Part shown: in pieces, positions 27,460 through 40,744 of the stretch
How positions within the stretch are numbered: position 1 is the stretch's first letter
Layout: each line of letters starts with the position of its first letter
Program-made: the position numbers and the translations under genes
Notes under the pieces: generated by a model
What the model saw: only the letters and a program-made list of their open reading frames with translations
Told to the model about the DNA's origin: nothing
Database searches by the model: none
Assembly: GCA_964016885.1 (NCBI GenBank)
Contig: OZ024747.1
Coordinates: 19,096,001 to 19,160,000, forward strand
DNA length: 64,000 bases
Direction: 5' to 3'
Origin: Eledone cirrhosa
Lineage: Eukaryota

Positions 27460-27720
27460 TAAAAACTTTGAGGCAAGCCAATACGGCTGCAGCATTGCCA
27501 CGGGTGATGGTGAGGCTACCTCAGTAAGACGAGCCGCCAGCGATGACAAGAACTTCGCTGTCAGCTGCCCAACTCCACCAAACTTCTCGAACGTCACAGG
27601 CTGGAAAAAATAATTACTGTTGAGTTCGTTAGGGTTCTCTGGTCGGTTTGCTTGGATATGTGCGGAACATTCGACTAAATATTTCATTTCTTTCTTCAAA
27701 CGAGACCTATAGACAATGAT
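27460..27720 (-). mobile_element. Second CRE-clade RLE remnant
   Basis: NYFFQPVTFEKFGGVGQLTAKFLSSLAARL. Confidence 0.7.
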
Positions 27721-28087
27721 ACGCCCAAAATATTAGTCTAGCAGAACTAATGTCCTTTTCGGGGTCTATAGTGACAAAAGATTCAAATGTGTAAAACTTG
27801 TAGCAGATTCTATACTTGATTTGTTTTCGAATTCTTTAAAAGTACATGCATGATAAAATGACAAAAAAAAAAAAAAAAATTAAATGATGTTTAATTAATT
27901 CCGAAAATAAATTTTACTAAACTTATATTTAACTTGTGGGTCACTGCCGTCGATAATGACGGTAAAGGTATTTAAATTTCGGAGTCTAGGATTTGTGTAT
28001 TATATATACCAGAATTACTGGAATATAGAGTTTTAATAAATGTACGGTTAGCATAAAAACAACCCTATAATTTATATTGGTTGCTGA

Positions 28088-29357
28088 CACGTGAAAATGA
28101 TTAAATATAACTTGGATATTTTAATAATATATTTCTAGGATATAATTACATCAATGTTTAGAATGTACGTACGGGATTAAATGAGACACTTTGGAGAAAT
28201 AACTATTTACAGATATAGGACTTTGTTGTTGGAAAGCAAAATTCTTATTGTAACAACATGACCGACACAGAAAATACATTGTGCGTAAATTTTAAAGAGT
28301 TACAAACGGACATATATACAAACACACGTGGGATATTATTTTTAATAGGTAAATAATCTACCTCATGAATTTCCTCTTCCTCCATCTTCTTAACCGGTGT
28401 AAAGTAATTTCTTCTCGCCCGGTGCGTGCTAGTTTCTGACACCAGAGTAAGCCTATTCCAGTTACTTTTCTCTCTAATACAAGACTTATTTCTAACCCTG
28501 ATATAAACTATTTTAAAGAAAGTATAGAAAATCGATGAAAATAACAGAATATACAGAAACGTAGATAAATGGATGTCGTTTCAGGAATTTTATTTGTAGA
28601 CACTATTTACTTCACACGTGCGAATAACTCCGTCCACTTTTTAATTGTAGCAAGCCTCCACCCTTAATTTATAACTTCATCATTGCTCAGTTTGTGTAAC
28701 TTGATCATTTAAAAAGTTTTAATGGATTTTTTTTCTCTAAATGGTGAATATGGAAATTTATTTACAATTTCACAATGACAAAAAAAAAAAAAAAAAAAGG
28801 CGGAAGGGAGAAAACTCCACACTTTTGACTGGACGGTGTTATAAGCATCTGATATTACGATTCTGCGAAAAGTAATTGACTCATTTTCAATTATTTGAAG
28901 TAATTTCTCCACCCTCTGTATATCTTGTATGTATGCCCCACGGATTAATTTGACGGCAGTTCGAGGAATGGAGATACCGGTGGTCTTAACAGCGACCAGC
29001 GTGAGAAAGAATCTTTGCTTTAATGATTAGCAATCATCTTGTTTGCGTTGCAAGGGAAAAACTAACAGCTTTATAGTGGAAGTGATAAGGTGGGCACTCG
29101 AGAATATTTTATAACACGTGGTGCCCCTTATAAGCGACTTTACTCTCTCGTACGAGAAAAGCGTTACTCTATTGGGGCGCCTAGCATCGCCGCAGTCGAG
29201 GCCAACAGACTTTACTTGCAGCGAGAAACTACCGAGGCCTTTTCTTTTAGGGATATCATTTAATGTAGCATCCCGCACTGTAGCGATATGAAAGTGGATG
29301 TAGTCGTAACATGTTCAGAATAATTTCACAGAAACTTTTACTTGGCTCATACACGTG
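28088..29357. promoter_or_regulatory. ABT1 promoter/intron-1 region with a cluster of five CACGTG E-boxes
   Basis: CACGTG at 28088, 28325, 28615, 29115 and 29352. Confidence 0.5.
28362..28385 (-). CDS. ABT1: ABT1/ESF2 probable exon 1 (MEEEEIHE)
   Basis: aagATGG start context and phase-0 donor GTAGAT. Exons sum to 24+208+524 = 756 nt, giving 251 aa plus stop. Confidence 0.75.
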
Positions 29358-29560
29358 GAGACCAAGTCGCAGGACAAGTTCAATGTGTGTACACCTATCT
29401 TCGACAAATGTGCGAGCGTGTGACTAGTACACACGTAGTCCCACAATATTAGGAATCTATCGATGTATTTGCAGGAAGGCAATACGGGTCAAATTTATTG
29501 GAAGAGCCCGATCAACACTCAATGATACACGAAATAAATTTATTGTTTCAAAGTGATTGT
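28900..29560 (-). mobile_element. Third CRE-clade remnant upstream of ABT1
   Basis: RDATLNDI..GLDCGDARRPNRVTLFSY..KSLI..TTC..LVAVKTTG resembles the RH..LND / DG.RPDG / W.ATC / VAVET.G motifs. Confidence 0.75.
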
Positions 29561-29924
29561 TGATTAAGTACCTATAGTTAAAGAGCTAATAATGACAACG
29601 TGTGAACTCCATACAAAAGCTTGTGATGTGCGGCCGATTATCGCACATGGTGGTGAATTGGCGGCCGTTTTTGTTGTTGTCCCCCCACTTTTTTTCCTTC
29701 TCTCGTTCTGATCGTATATTTTGGTGTGTTATATTTGTGAGGTTCCTAGCAATAGTTAATTGTATTTATTATGTCTTGGTGTTCCTTACTTTTAGCGGTG
29801 TCAAGAATGAAAGTAAATTTATTTTCATTTTCGATTGTTTATTTTATAACAAAAATGTCTGGACGAGTATATGGTCGCACTACGTTAGCTGATGATATTT
29901 TGGATGCAAATGACATCCATAATG

Positions 29925-30102
29925 ATAATTGTTTCTACTTTAGGCACAAGGCCAGCAATTACTGGTACTTTATTTTATCGACCCCATAAGGATGAAAGGC
30001 AAAGTCAACCTCGGCGGGATTTGAACTCAGATCGTAAAGGGACGTAACTATGCTGGAAAGCATGGCGTCCGACCCTCTACTGATACTGCCAATACACCGC
30101 CC
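29925..30102 (-). mobile_element. tRNA-derived SINE inserted in Merlin
   Basis: Reverse complement of the 15184 family. Confidence 0.85.
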
Positions 30103-30152
30103 TATCCTTAATGATAATGTAACAATTTTTACTCTAATACCTGCGACACATA

Positions 30153-30602
30153 GTGACACTGTGTGTGTTGCAGTGGTTGGCAAACAGTGTGAATTGTTTT
30201 GTTTGTAATGAGGCTTGCAGATTGAACCTGTATTCTGGGGGTGTCGATAAATGGAGATGGCGATGCAACCGCGACAAATTCAGTCAATCGGTACGACGGA
30301 ATGCTTTTTTTGAACGAAGCCATGTGCGACTGGATCACCTTATTGGTATTATATACATGTGGTGCTATGATCACATACAAGTTGAGATGATTAGAGAAAC
30401 GGGAGTCTCCGAACGGACAGTTATAGACTGGGGCAATTTCATTAGAGAAATTTGTGAGCAGTATTTGGAGGAAAATCCTCAAGAACTTGGAGGATTCGAT
30501 GACAATGGTGAGTCCATTATTGTCGAGATAGACGAATGGAAATACTTCCATAGAAAGTATCATCGTGGCATGTGGAGACAAGGCCACTGGTTGGTAATTT
30601 AA
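30153..30602 (+). pseudogene. Truncated Merlin transposase (Zn ribbon, HTH, first catalytic D)
   Basis: CFVC..WRC, TGVSERTVIDW..FIREIC, IVEIDEWKYFHRKYHRG..GHW; stops before the remaining D and E. Confidence 0.9.
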
Positions 30603-30969
30603 AATTTTATATGCAATAAACGTTTAAATATGTCATTGTTTTCAACACACACAACATGAAAAACAATCAAGTTATTTTTGGGTTTAATGAAAATAAATAA
30701 TCGAAATGAAAATAAATTTACTTTCATTCTTGACACCGCTAAAAGTAAGGAACGCCATATGTCTTTATATTTATGTCTATATTTTCATAAATTATGAACA
30801 ATTTGTAATGTTATTTATACAACTGAATAAAAGTCAATAATAAATATTAGCCGAGTGATGTGTGTGTGTGTATGTATATGTTTGTATGTACATACATATT
30901 AAGAAGTGTGTATATATATGTGTAGGTGTGTGTATGTATAGATATGTATGTGTACTTTAAGGTTAAATA

Positions 30970-31158
30970 ATTGTTTCTACTTTTGGCACAAGGCCAGCAA
31001 TTACCCAGTGTATTACTGGTACTTTATTTTATCGACCCCGTAAGGATGAAAGGTAAAGTTAACCTCGGCGGGATTTGAACTCAGAATGGCAAGGGCCGTA
31101 ACTCTATGCGTCAAAGCATAGTATCCGACCCTCTACTGATACTGCCAGTCCACCACCC
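30970..31158 (-). mobile_element. tRNA-derived SINE with TSD ttaaggttaaataat
   Basis: Same family as 15184. Further minus-strand copies at ~27160-27345, 31310-31473, 32280-32485, 43250-43430, 47255-47467 and 57040-57170. Confidence 0.85.
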
Positions 31159-31241
31159 TTTAAGGTTAAATAATGAGTCATGTTACTCTGGGTCATCAGA
31201 CAAAAACCTCTAAAGGACTAAAATAGTTCTTGTAGAGGTTT

Positions 31242-31287
31242 TTGTCTGATGACCTTGTGATAAACAGGCGAAACTCCAGAGTAACAA
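31242..31287 (+). ncRNA. Minimal type I hammerhead ribozyme (Penelope-like pLTR), variant
   Basis: ttgt-CTGATGA-cct..aggc-GAAA-ctccagag-TA^-acaa. The purine normally following the core is missing. A partial inverted copy lies at 31173-31212. Confidence 0.65.
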
Positions 31288-31833
31288 GACTCACTATTTA
31301 GCGTTAATATAATTGTTTCTACTTTTGGCACAAGGCCAGCAAATACCTAGTGCATTACTGGTACTTTATTTTCTCGACCCCGTAAGGATAACTTCGCAAA
31401 GTTAACTTCGGCAGGATTTGAACTCAGAATGGTAAGGGCCGTAACTCTACCGATACTCCCAATCCACCGCCCTAATTTAGCCTTAATATAATTGTTTCTA
31501 CTTTTGGCACAAGGCCAGCAATTATCCTAGTACTGGTATTAGCCTTAATATAATGAATATTAAAATTCTACTTCGGTATTGAGTACTCTTTTCTCTCTGC
31601 CATCAACCACATACGGGTATCCCCAAAAATGTATACACACTTCAACAGCATTCTAATAAATATAGCCTATTCAGGTAATCGAAGTGTGCATACATTTTTT
31701 GGGTGCACCCCATGTATATATTACATATATCTTTTTTATTCAGAAAAGGAGCGTGAAATGCACGTATAGGAGTTATTTCCCTTTGCCTATCCAGGGGATA
31801 CAACTCTTCCCTACTTGTTATCTCGCTTACACA

Positions 31834-31878
<45 letters not shown>

Positions 31879-32899
31879 TTTTTAAAAATTGCTGTAATGG
31901 ATCTCCGTCACTCTCCACGACGAGTGTTTCACTTGTTCGACACGTGTATCCTTATTCTCAGGAAGATTCAGCGTGATAAAGTTGGACTTCTGAATTATAA
32001 ATACTGTACACCCGACAGGTCTCTAAACAGTTGCCGTCTACCCATTTCCAAGGCTTGGGTCAATCCGAAGTCAGGGTAAATGACACTATAGGACACTAAG
32101 ATACCACCTCGATGGAATGGACAGTGTAACGACTTCAAGCTACTCTCAATTTCAATTTACCTCCCAGTAACCTGTAATAGCATTCATATTACTCTCGGGG
32201 ATTGCCTGAACATGGTCCCCCCCCCCCGCCCCCAACACTATTTGTATTACCTACTTCTCTAATTTAGCTAAAATATATCTGATTTAGGCACAAGGCGAAC
32301 CATTTTAGAGGGAGGGGAAAGTTGATTAAATCGACTCCAGTGTATTACCGGTGCTTTATTTATCGACCCTGTAAGGATGAAAGGCAAAGCTAACCTCGGT
32401 GGGATTTGAACCCAGAACGCAAAGGGCCGTAACTCTATGCCGCAAAACATGTCCGACGCCCAACCGATACTGTTAATCAACCACTCTTGATTTAGCCAAA
32501 ATAATGATTTTTCTTTTTATTTAGGCACAAAACCAGCTATTTAGGAAAAGGGAAAATCGATTATTTCGATATAATATTTGACTGGTAATTTAATTTATCG
32601 ATTTCAGAAGAATGAAAGACAACATAGAGCTCGATATGATTTGAATTGAGAATACAAAGAGACGAAACTAATACTGTTACGTATTGAGTTAAAATAAAAA
32701 CAAAACAAACAGACATGTCTGCTGGACGCACGAGCAGAAGGACGTGTGTTTTCTTCCTGCCAGCAGCATATCACAAAATCGAATCTCATCTGAGGACACC
32801 GTTCTCATAACAACAACAAATGCATGCATTACATCTTAATTGCATGGGAGAACCGTTGAAATAATTATAATGAATAAACGATTTATGTAACATCACCAT

Positions 32900-33290
32900 C
32901 GGTGGATTAGCAGTATTGGTAGAGGGTCGGACGCCATGCTTTGACGTATAGAGTTACAGCCCTTGCTATTCTGAGTTCAAATCCCGCCGAGGTTAACTTT
33001 GCCTTTCATCCTTACGGGGTCGATAAAATAAAGTACCAGTAATGCACTGGGTAATTGCTGGCCTTGTGCCTAAAGTAGAAACAATTATACATATATAGGG
33101 CGGTGGATTGGCAGTATTGGTAGAGGGTCGGACGCCATGCTTTGATGCATAGAGCTACGGCCCTTTCCATTCTGAGTTCAAATCCTGCCGAGGTTAACTT
33201 TGCCTTTCATTCTTACGGGGTCGATAAAATAAAGTACCAGCAATGCACTGGGTAATTGCTGGCCTTGTGCCTAAAGTAGAAACAATTATA
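32900..33290 (+). mobile_element. Head-to-tail dimer of the tRNA-derived SINE
   Basis: Two copies (32900-33087 and 33098-33288), each followed by attatacatatata. Confidence 0.9.
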
Positions 33291-33928
33291 CATATATATA
33301 TAATGCTAACATTAATAAAGATGGTGATGTATGCATATACATATATATATATTAGGTTATGCAAGAAATGCTTAGGATTATCCTGAATGCAGTAATGGTT
33401 AATTACTACACTAGATAGAGTCGACGTACGGTGAGGGGTTACTCAACGAGTTATGGGAGAACAGTTAAAGAAACTCGGATTCCGATTCTTCTGTATTCCG
33501 GAGTGTAGATAAAGAATGATTAATAAAACAGGTAGACATCATAAAAAGGTAATTTATTCCGAGTGCTTACAAATGTTTCTTTAGTAGTTATACAGCCTAG
33601 TCATGCTATGTGCAAATTGGTAGTTATTTATTTGCAGATACTCAATTTTCAAATGCTGTTCATCCTACCAGATTTTCAAAGCGAATGGCTAAATTGTAAA
33701 TTCCCTTGTATTTCTTAAAGGGAGTTATTGGGGGAAGATAGAGTAGAAAAGGAAGAGAGAAAGAAGGGGAGGGGAGAGAGAGAGAGAGTAGTTTGAAGAA
33801 TACAGATAGCTTAATCTAAATGTTGTGATAGGGGTACAACAGGTGGTTTTATTATACTGTTTACTCTCAAAGTGACAACTTAGGCATTGTGTTGATATTA
33901 TCAAGTTTGGAATTATTTAAAGAAAGGA

Positions 33929-34002
<74 letters not shown>

Positions 34003-34280
34003 GCAATGTCGTAAGTTACCGACTGAGCGATGTCTTTGAACAAGACACTTTAATACATGGTATGTTCTTCCACACCATTCAGCTAGATAAAATGAGTTGC
34101 TACTGTAATTGAAAGGGCTAGCATTGTTTGACAGAGAAGTCACACTGAATCACCCCGAGAACTACGTTACGGATGCACGTGTCTGGGAACTGCTTAACCA
34201 CATACACGGTAATTTCACAAGCAGGCAGTTCCGTTGGTCATAACAAATGGAAACTCCAATGTCGCTACCGACGGATGTTC

Positions 34281-34363
<83 letters not shown>

Positions 34364-34550
34364 GCACACCACAAGCAGGTTTTCCGAAGAGACGAACAGA
34401 AGAGAACCTTAGTTAGATAAAGTACTCAATACGCTGTAGAGGGGGGGGGGGGTACATATTTATTTTACATAAAATTAATTTCTACATGGCTACAACTATT
34501 TTATGAAACAGTTCTAATACTGTAGAAATAATTTCTATATAATATATGTT

Positions 34551-34573
<23 letters not shown>

Positions 34574-34581
<8 letters not shown>

Positions 34582-34928
34582 AGATCAAAAGATGGTTAAA
34601 GGAGTTCCATGTATTTTATTATGCGCATTTCAAAAACAAACATCATCATGCAATAATATTTGTGTTTTCATCAGATAAAACAGGAGAACATGATATGAAG
34701 GCTAAAAAACACTTGTGGATAGTGCAGTTTTAAATCAACATATCCACAGTTTTAAATCAACATATCCACATCAACTGCACTATCCACAAGTGTTTTTTAG
34801 CCTTCATATCATGTTCTCCTGTTTTATCTGATGAAAACACAAATATTATTGCATGATGATGTTTGTTTTTGAAATGCGCATAATAAAATACATGGAACTC
34901 CTTTAACCATCTTTTGATCTTATATTAT
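34574..34928. repeat. Apparently perfect ~156-bp-arm palindrome (inverted Penelope-like pLTR)
   Basis: 34574-34729 is the reverse complement of 34773-34928. The centre holds a 22-bp tandem duplication. (TA)n lies on both sides. Confidence 0.92.
34821..34889 (+). ncRNA. Minimal type I hammerhead ribozyme; mirror copy on the minus strand at ~34613-34681
   Basis: gttttat-CTGATGA-stem II-GAAA-tgcgca-TA^-ataaaat; palindromic helix III ATGCGCAT. Confidence 0.8.
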
Positions 34929-35011
34929 GTATACTCCAGTCCTACAAACTGTAGAGTGCTTCTTACCCGATATCTGCATTGCTTTATTGTACTACAATAA
35001 AACTCACCTCC

Positions 35012-35067
<56 letters not shown>

Positions 35068-35177
35068 TCCAGTTCCTCAGAGAAATAACAACCTAACCAG
35101 GTACTGGACATATCAGAGTATTGACAAAATTATATACCTCAACAACATATGTACTTGTCTATACCACACTAATTCGG

Positions 35178-35232
35178 ACTGCCTGAAGAGGTCACAGCCA
35201 AAGATGGCTGTCACTGAAATATATATAGCAGT
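35178..35232 (+). ncRNA. Minimal type I hammerhead ribozyme
   Basis: actgc-CTGAAGA-ggtcacagcca-aaga-tggctgtcact-GAAA-tatata-TA^-gcagt, followed by AATAAA. Confidence 0.85.
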
Positions 35233-35277
35233 AATAAACGAAGCTAAATTTTAAACATTTGACTTTTTATTTAACTT

Positions 35278-35365
<88 letters not shown>

Positions 35366-35572
35366 CGTTTCTGAATTTGTTTAGCAAGATTCTTTATCTG
35401 AAAACGTGTGTTGAAACCGATATTGTTATACTTAGGGAGGGTCATATTGCCAATAAGAAACAGACGCACAGTTGCGTTCACTTCAATTTATTATAATAAA
35501 TTTATAAATTTAGGAATTTATAAATTTCCGGTTGGTTGGTTGGTTCCACAACCAGATGATTGTTTATATATT

Positions 35573-35615
35573 GTCAAAGTTCTTTCGTCACACATTCTGT
35601 GACCTCTTCAGTGAC
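35573..35615 (-). ncRNA. Probable minimal hammerhead ribozyme
   Basis: gtca-CTGAAGA-g-gtcaca-gaatg-tgtgac-GAAA-gaac-TT^-tgac, within an inverted-repeat cassette at 35418-35722. Confidence 0.6.
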
Positions 35616-35717
35616 TGGGGATTCTTTTCTTTGTTTTTGTGCCTCTCCTTTGTTCTGTCCTACGCCATCTTGTTTTTGTGTGTGTTTCTTATTGGCAACA
35701 TGACCCTCCCAAAGTAT

Positions 35718-37994
<2,277 letters not shown>

Positions 37995-37995
<1 letters not shown>

Positions 37996-39361
37996 TTTCT
38001 CTTTCTCTTAATTTCGAGTATTTTTTTTGACCGGCCACCTTCCTGGTGGCAAGGTTGTAAAAGAAAAGAAATTGTCATCCCTTGAATCGCAAGAATGTTT
38101 TGCATATTTTGAAGGTGCCAGCTATCGCAGCCATTTGTAGACTATGAATTAGGGAGCTGCGCTTTTTGTCCGCAAATCCAAGTTCGGTCATACTTTGGTC
38201 CAAGCGGGTTGGTATATAACCCGTAGCACCAATAATGATGGGTATGAAGCTAAAAGTGTATCTTGGATACTGGATTTGTAAGCTCCTCATCAATGGTCCG
38301 TAGATGTCCTCCTTCTCCTGTATTTTTCTGACAACGTTTACATCAAGTGGGCAGCTGATCTCCACAACAGAACACGTTTTCAATGTGTGGTCCCAAACTA
38401 CAATATCAGGCCGGTTGTGCTTTAATTTGGTGGCAGTTTTTATTTTCAGGTTCCACCAGTATTCCTTAGTGCCATCTGTCTCAATATATTCTTCCTCGTT
38501 TGTTGTTAATTTTGTTTTCCGAAGTGCGTTCCAGATAGTTCTAGCTATCCCATCGTGTCTCATGGGGAGGTAGTAGCGAGATGACATTCTTTCGCAGCTG
38601 GCAACAATGTGGCTTACATCCTCGATCTTTGTTTTACATAGCCTACATTTATTGTCAGCTGCTGGCCCTCCTCTTTTGTGCAGCAGATATTTGGTAGGGA
38701 GTTCTTGTTCCTGTATTGCATAGAGATATCCCTCAAGGTGTGATGTCATAAACTTGTCGGAACTCCATGCCAGGCTTTTTGAGTGGTTTATCCCCTCTAT
38801 GGTCTGTGTTTTACGCCTCAAGTATCCATGCACAACTTTCTCTGTAAATTGGTCAATTTTTTTTTCTTGTTTGAACATTGAATAGGATCTTCCGATTTCT
38901 CTGGGTGAGAGATTTATATCAGGCTTTATTCCATATCTCTCCTCCAGATCAGTCGCTATTCTAATGATATTTCTTTTTTCATGCTCATAAACCTGAGCAA
39001 GATGGTCGCCAACCTTTTTCCTCTGTTGAAGGTGTTGCTTCAGTGTTACTATCCGGGTCTCATATGTTGTTAATATTGATTTTAGACCCCGGCCACCTTC
39101 CTTGCGTGAGAAGTATAGCCTATCCACATCACCATTGATGTTAAAGTTCCCAGTAACACTGAGAAGTTTTCGAGTTCTAACATCCATCTCACTTAGTTCT
39201 TGCAATGACCAGTTCAGTAGGCCAAATGTTGGCGTTAGAATTGGCACAGCATAGGTATTGTGGGCAATGTATTTGTTGTATGCTGACAGTTCTGATGACC
39301 ATATTTTTTTTACTCTTCTGAGGTATTCAGTTCTGGTTCTCTCCTTATTTATGGGTCCATC

Positions 39362-39362
<1 letters not shown>
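37995..39362 (-). mobile_element. 5'-truncated R4/Dong-clade non-LTR retrotransposon in (CATA)n
   Basis: Open frame with RKEGGRGL, AIQEQ, CCHC knuckle CRLC..HIVASC, RHD, NRPDIVV and VEISCP (RLE). (TATG)n on both sides. Confidence 0.93.
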
Positions 39363-39392
<30 letters not shown>

Positions 39393-39470
39393 TGTATGTA
39401 TGTATGTATGTATGTATGTATGTATGTATGTATGTATGTATGTATGTGTGTGTGTATGTATGTATGTGTG

Positions 39471-39502
<32 letters not shown>

Positions 39503-39512
39503 TGTATGTATG

Positions 39513-39947
39513 TTATCTCTTTCTCTTAATTTCGAGTATATTTTTTTTTGACCGGCCACCTTCCTGGTGGCAAGGCTGTAAAAGAAAAGAAATTGTCATC
39601 CCTTGAATCGCAAGAATGTTTTGCAAATTTTGAAGGTGCCAGCTATCGCAGCCATTTGTAGACTATGAATTAGGGAGCTGCGCTTTTTGTCCACAAATCC
39701 AAGTTCAGTCATACTTTGGTCCAAGCGGGTTAGTATATAACCCGAAGCTCCAATAATGATGGGTATGAAGCTAAAGGTGTATCTTGGATACTGGATTTGT
39801 AAACTCCTCATCATTGGTCCGTAGATGACCTCCTTCTCCTGTATTTTTCTGACAACGTTTACATCAAGTGGGCAGCTGATCTCCACAACAGAACACGTTT
39901 TCAATGTGTGGTCCCAAACAACAATATCAGACCGGTTGTGCTTTAAT
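39513..39947 (-). mobile_element. Second, shorter copy of the R4/Dong element in (CATA)n
   Basis: Near-identical to 37995-38428, with the same 3' end. Confidence 0.93.
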
Positions 39948-40150
39948 GTATGTATGTATGTATGTATGTATGTATGTATGTATGTATGTATATTTGTTTA
40001 TTTGTATGTATGTATGTATGTATGTATGTATGTATGTATGTATGTATTTATGTATGTATGTATGTATGTATGTATGTATGTATGTATGTATGTATGTATG
40101 CATGTATGTATGAGTGTGCGTTTATGTATGTATGGAATGAGTATATGTAT

Positions 40151-40192
<42 letters not shown>

Positions 40193-40340
40193 AGGAGTTG
40201 ACGTACCCAGCATATTTATCAATGCCAGGACCGGTTGTATCTCAGCGTACTCAATAGGTAATGTAGGATACATTCCCAGAGTATACACATAGTTATTCGC
40301 TTCAATACAACACACGTAAAACGGGTGCCTACACTGGTTT

Positions 40341-40449
40341 CCGGACTCGAGTTTCGGTCACACTTAATGCAGCGGTAGGGTGCACTGCACCCTCTGTCTG
40401 CATATATTATGCAACAATGCATAATCGGCGTATGTGGCTTCATCAGCGG
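40341..40449 (-). ncRNA. Type I hammerhead ribozyme with an enlarged, branched stem II
   Basis: ccg-CTGATGA-[~80 nt]-GAAA-ctcgag-TC^-cgg; palindromic helix III ACTCGAGT. Confidence 0.75.
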
Positions 40450-40744
40450 GTATCGCCTAATCAACGGAATCTAAACCCCAGCCCATGCTGGCTATGACTG
40501 TTTGTGATGGCCGACACAGTTAAGTGATTAGTAACTTGAATCCGATACAATTCTGTCTCTCGACCAGCCACCGATTTACAAACTATATATATATATATAT
40601 ATATGAAAACAGTCAGGACCCCGACGGCTGAGCTCCGGCCGTTTCGACAGCTAGATCCTACATATATATATATATATATATAGTAATAATAATAAAATTG
40701 AAGACTAAAATCCAAAGAGGGCTCGATAAGGAAAATATATATCA

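Larger units (their letters stand above)
29778..30756 (+). mobile_element. Merlin (IS1016/ISXO2-like) DNA transposon, internally deleted, with a nested SINE
   Basis: ~60-bp TIRs starting GG (ggtgttccttacttttagcggtgtcaagaatgaaagtaaatttattttcattt); 9-bp TSD ttatgtctt / atatgtctt; transposase remnant inside. Confidence 0.93.

Noticed and set aside
38075-39559. 494-aa ORF as a complete gene
   Set aside because: Its N-terminus reads through the neighbouring copy's 3'UTR and (CATA)n; only the part from ~39362 downward is retroelement protein.
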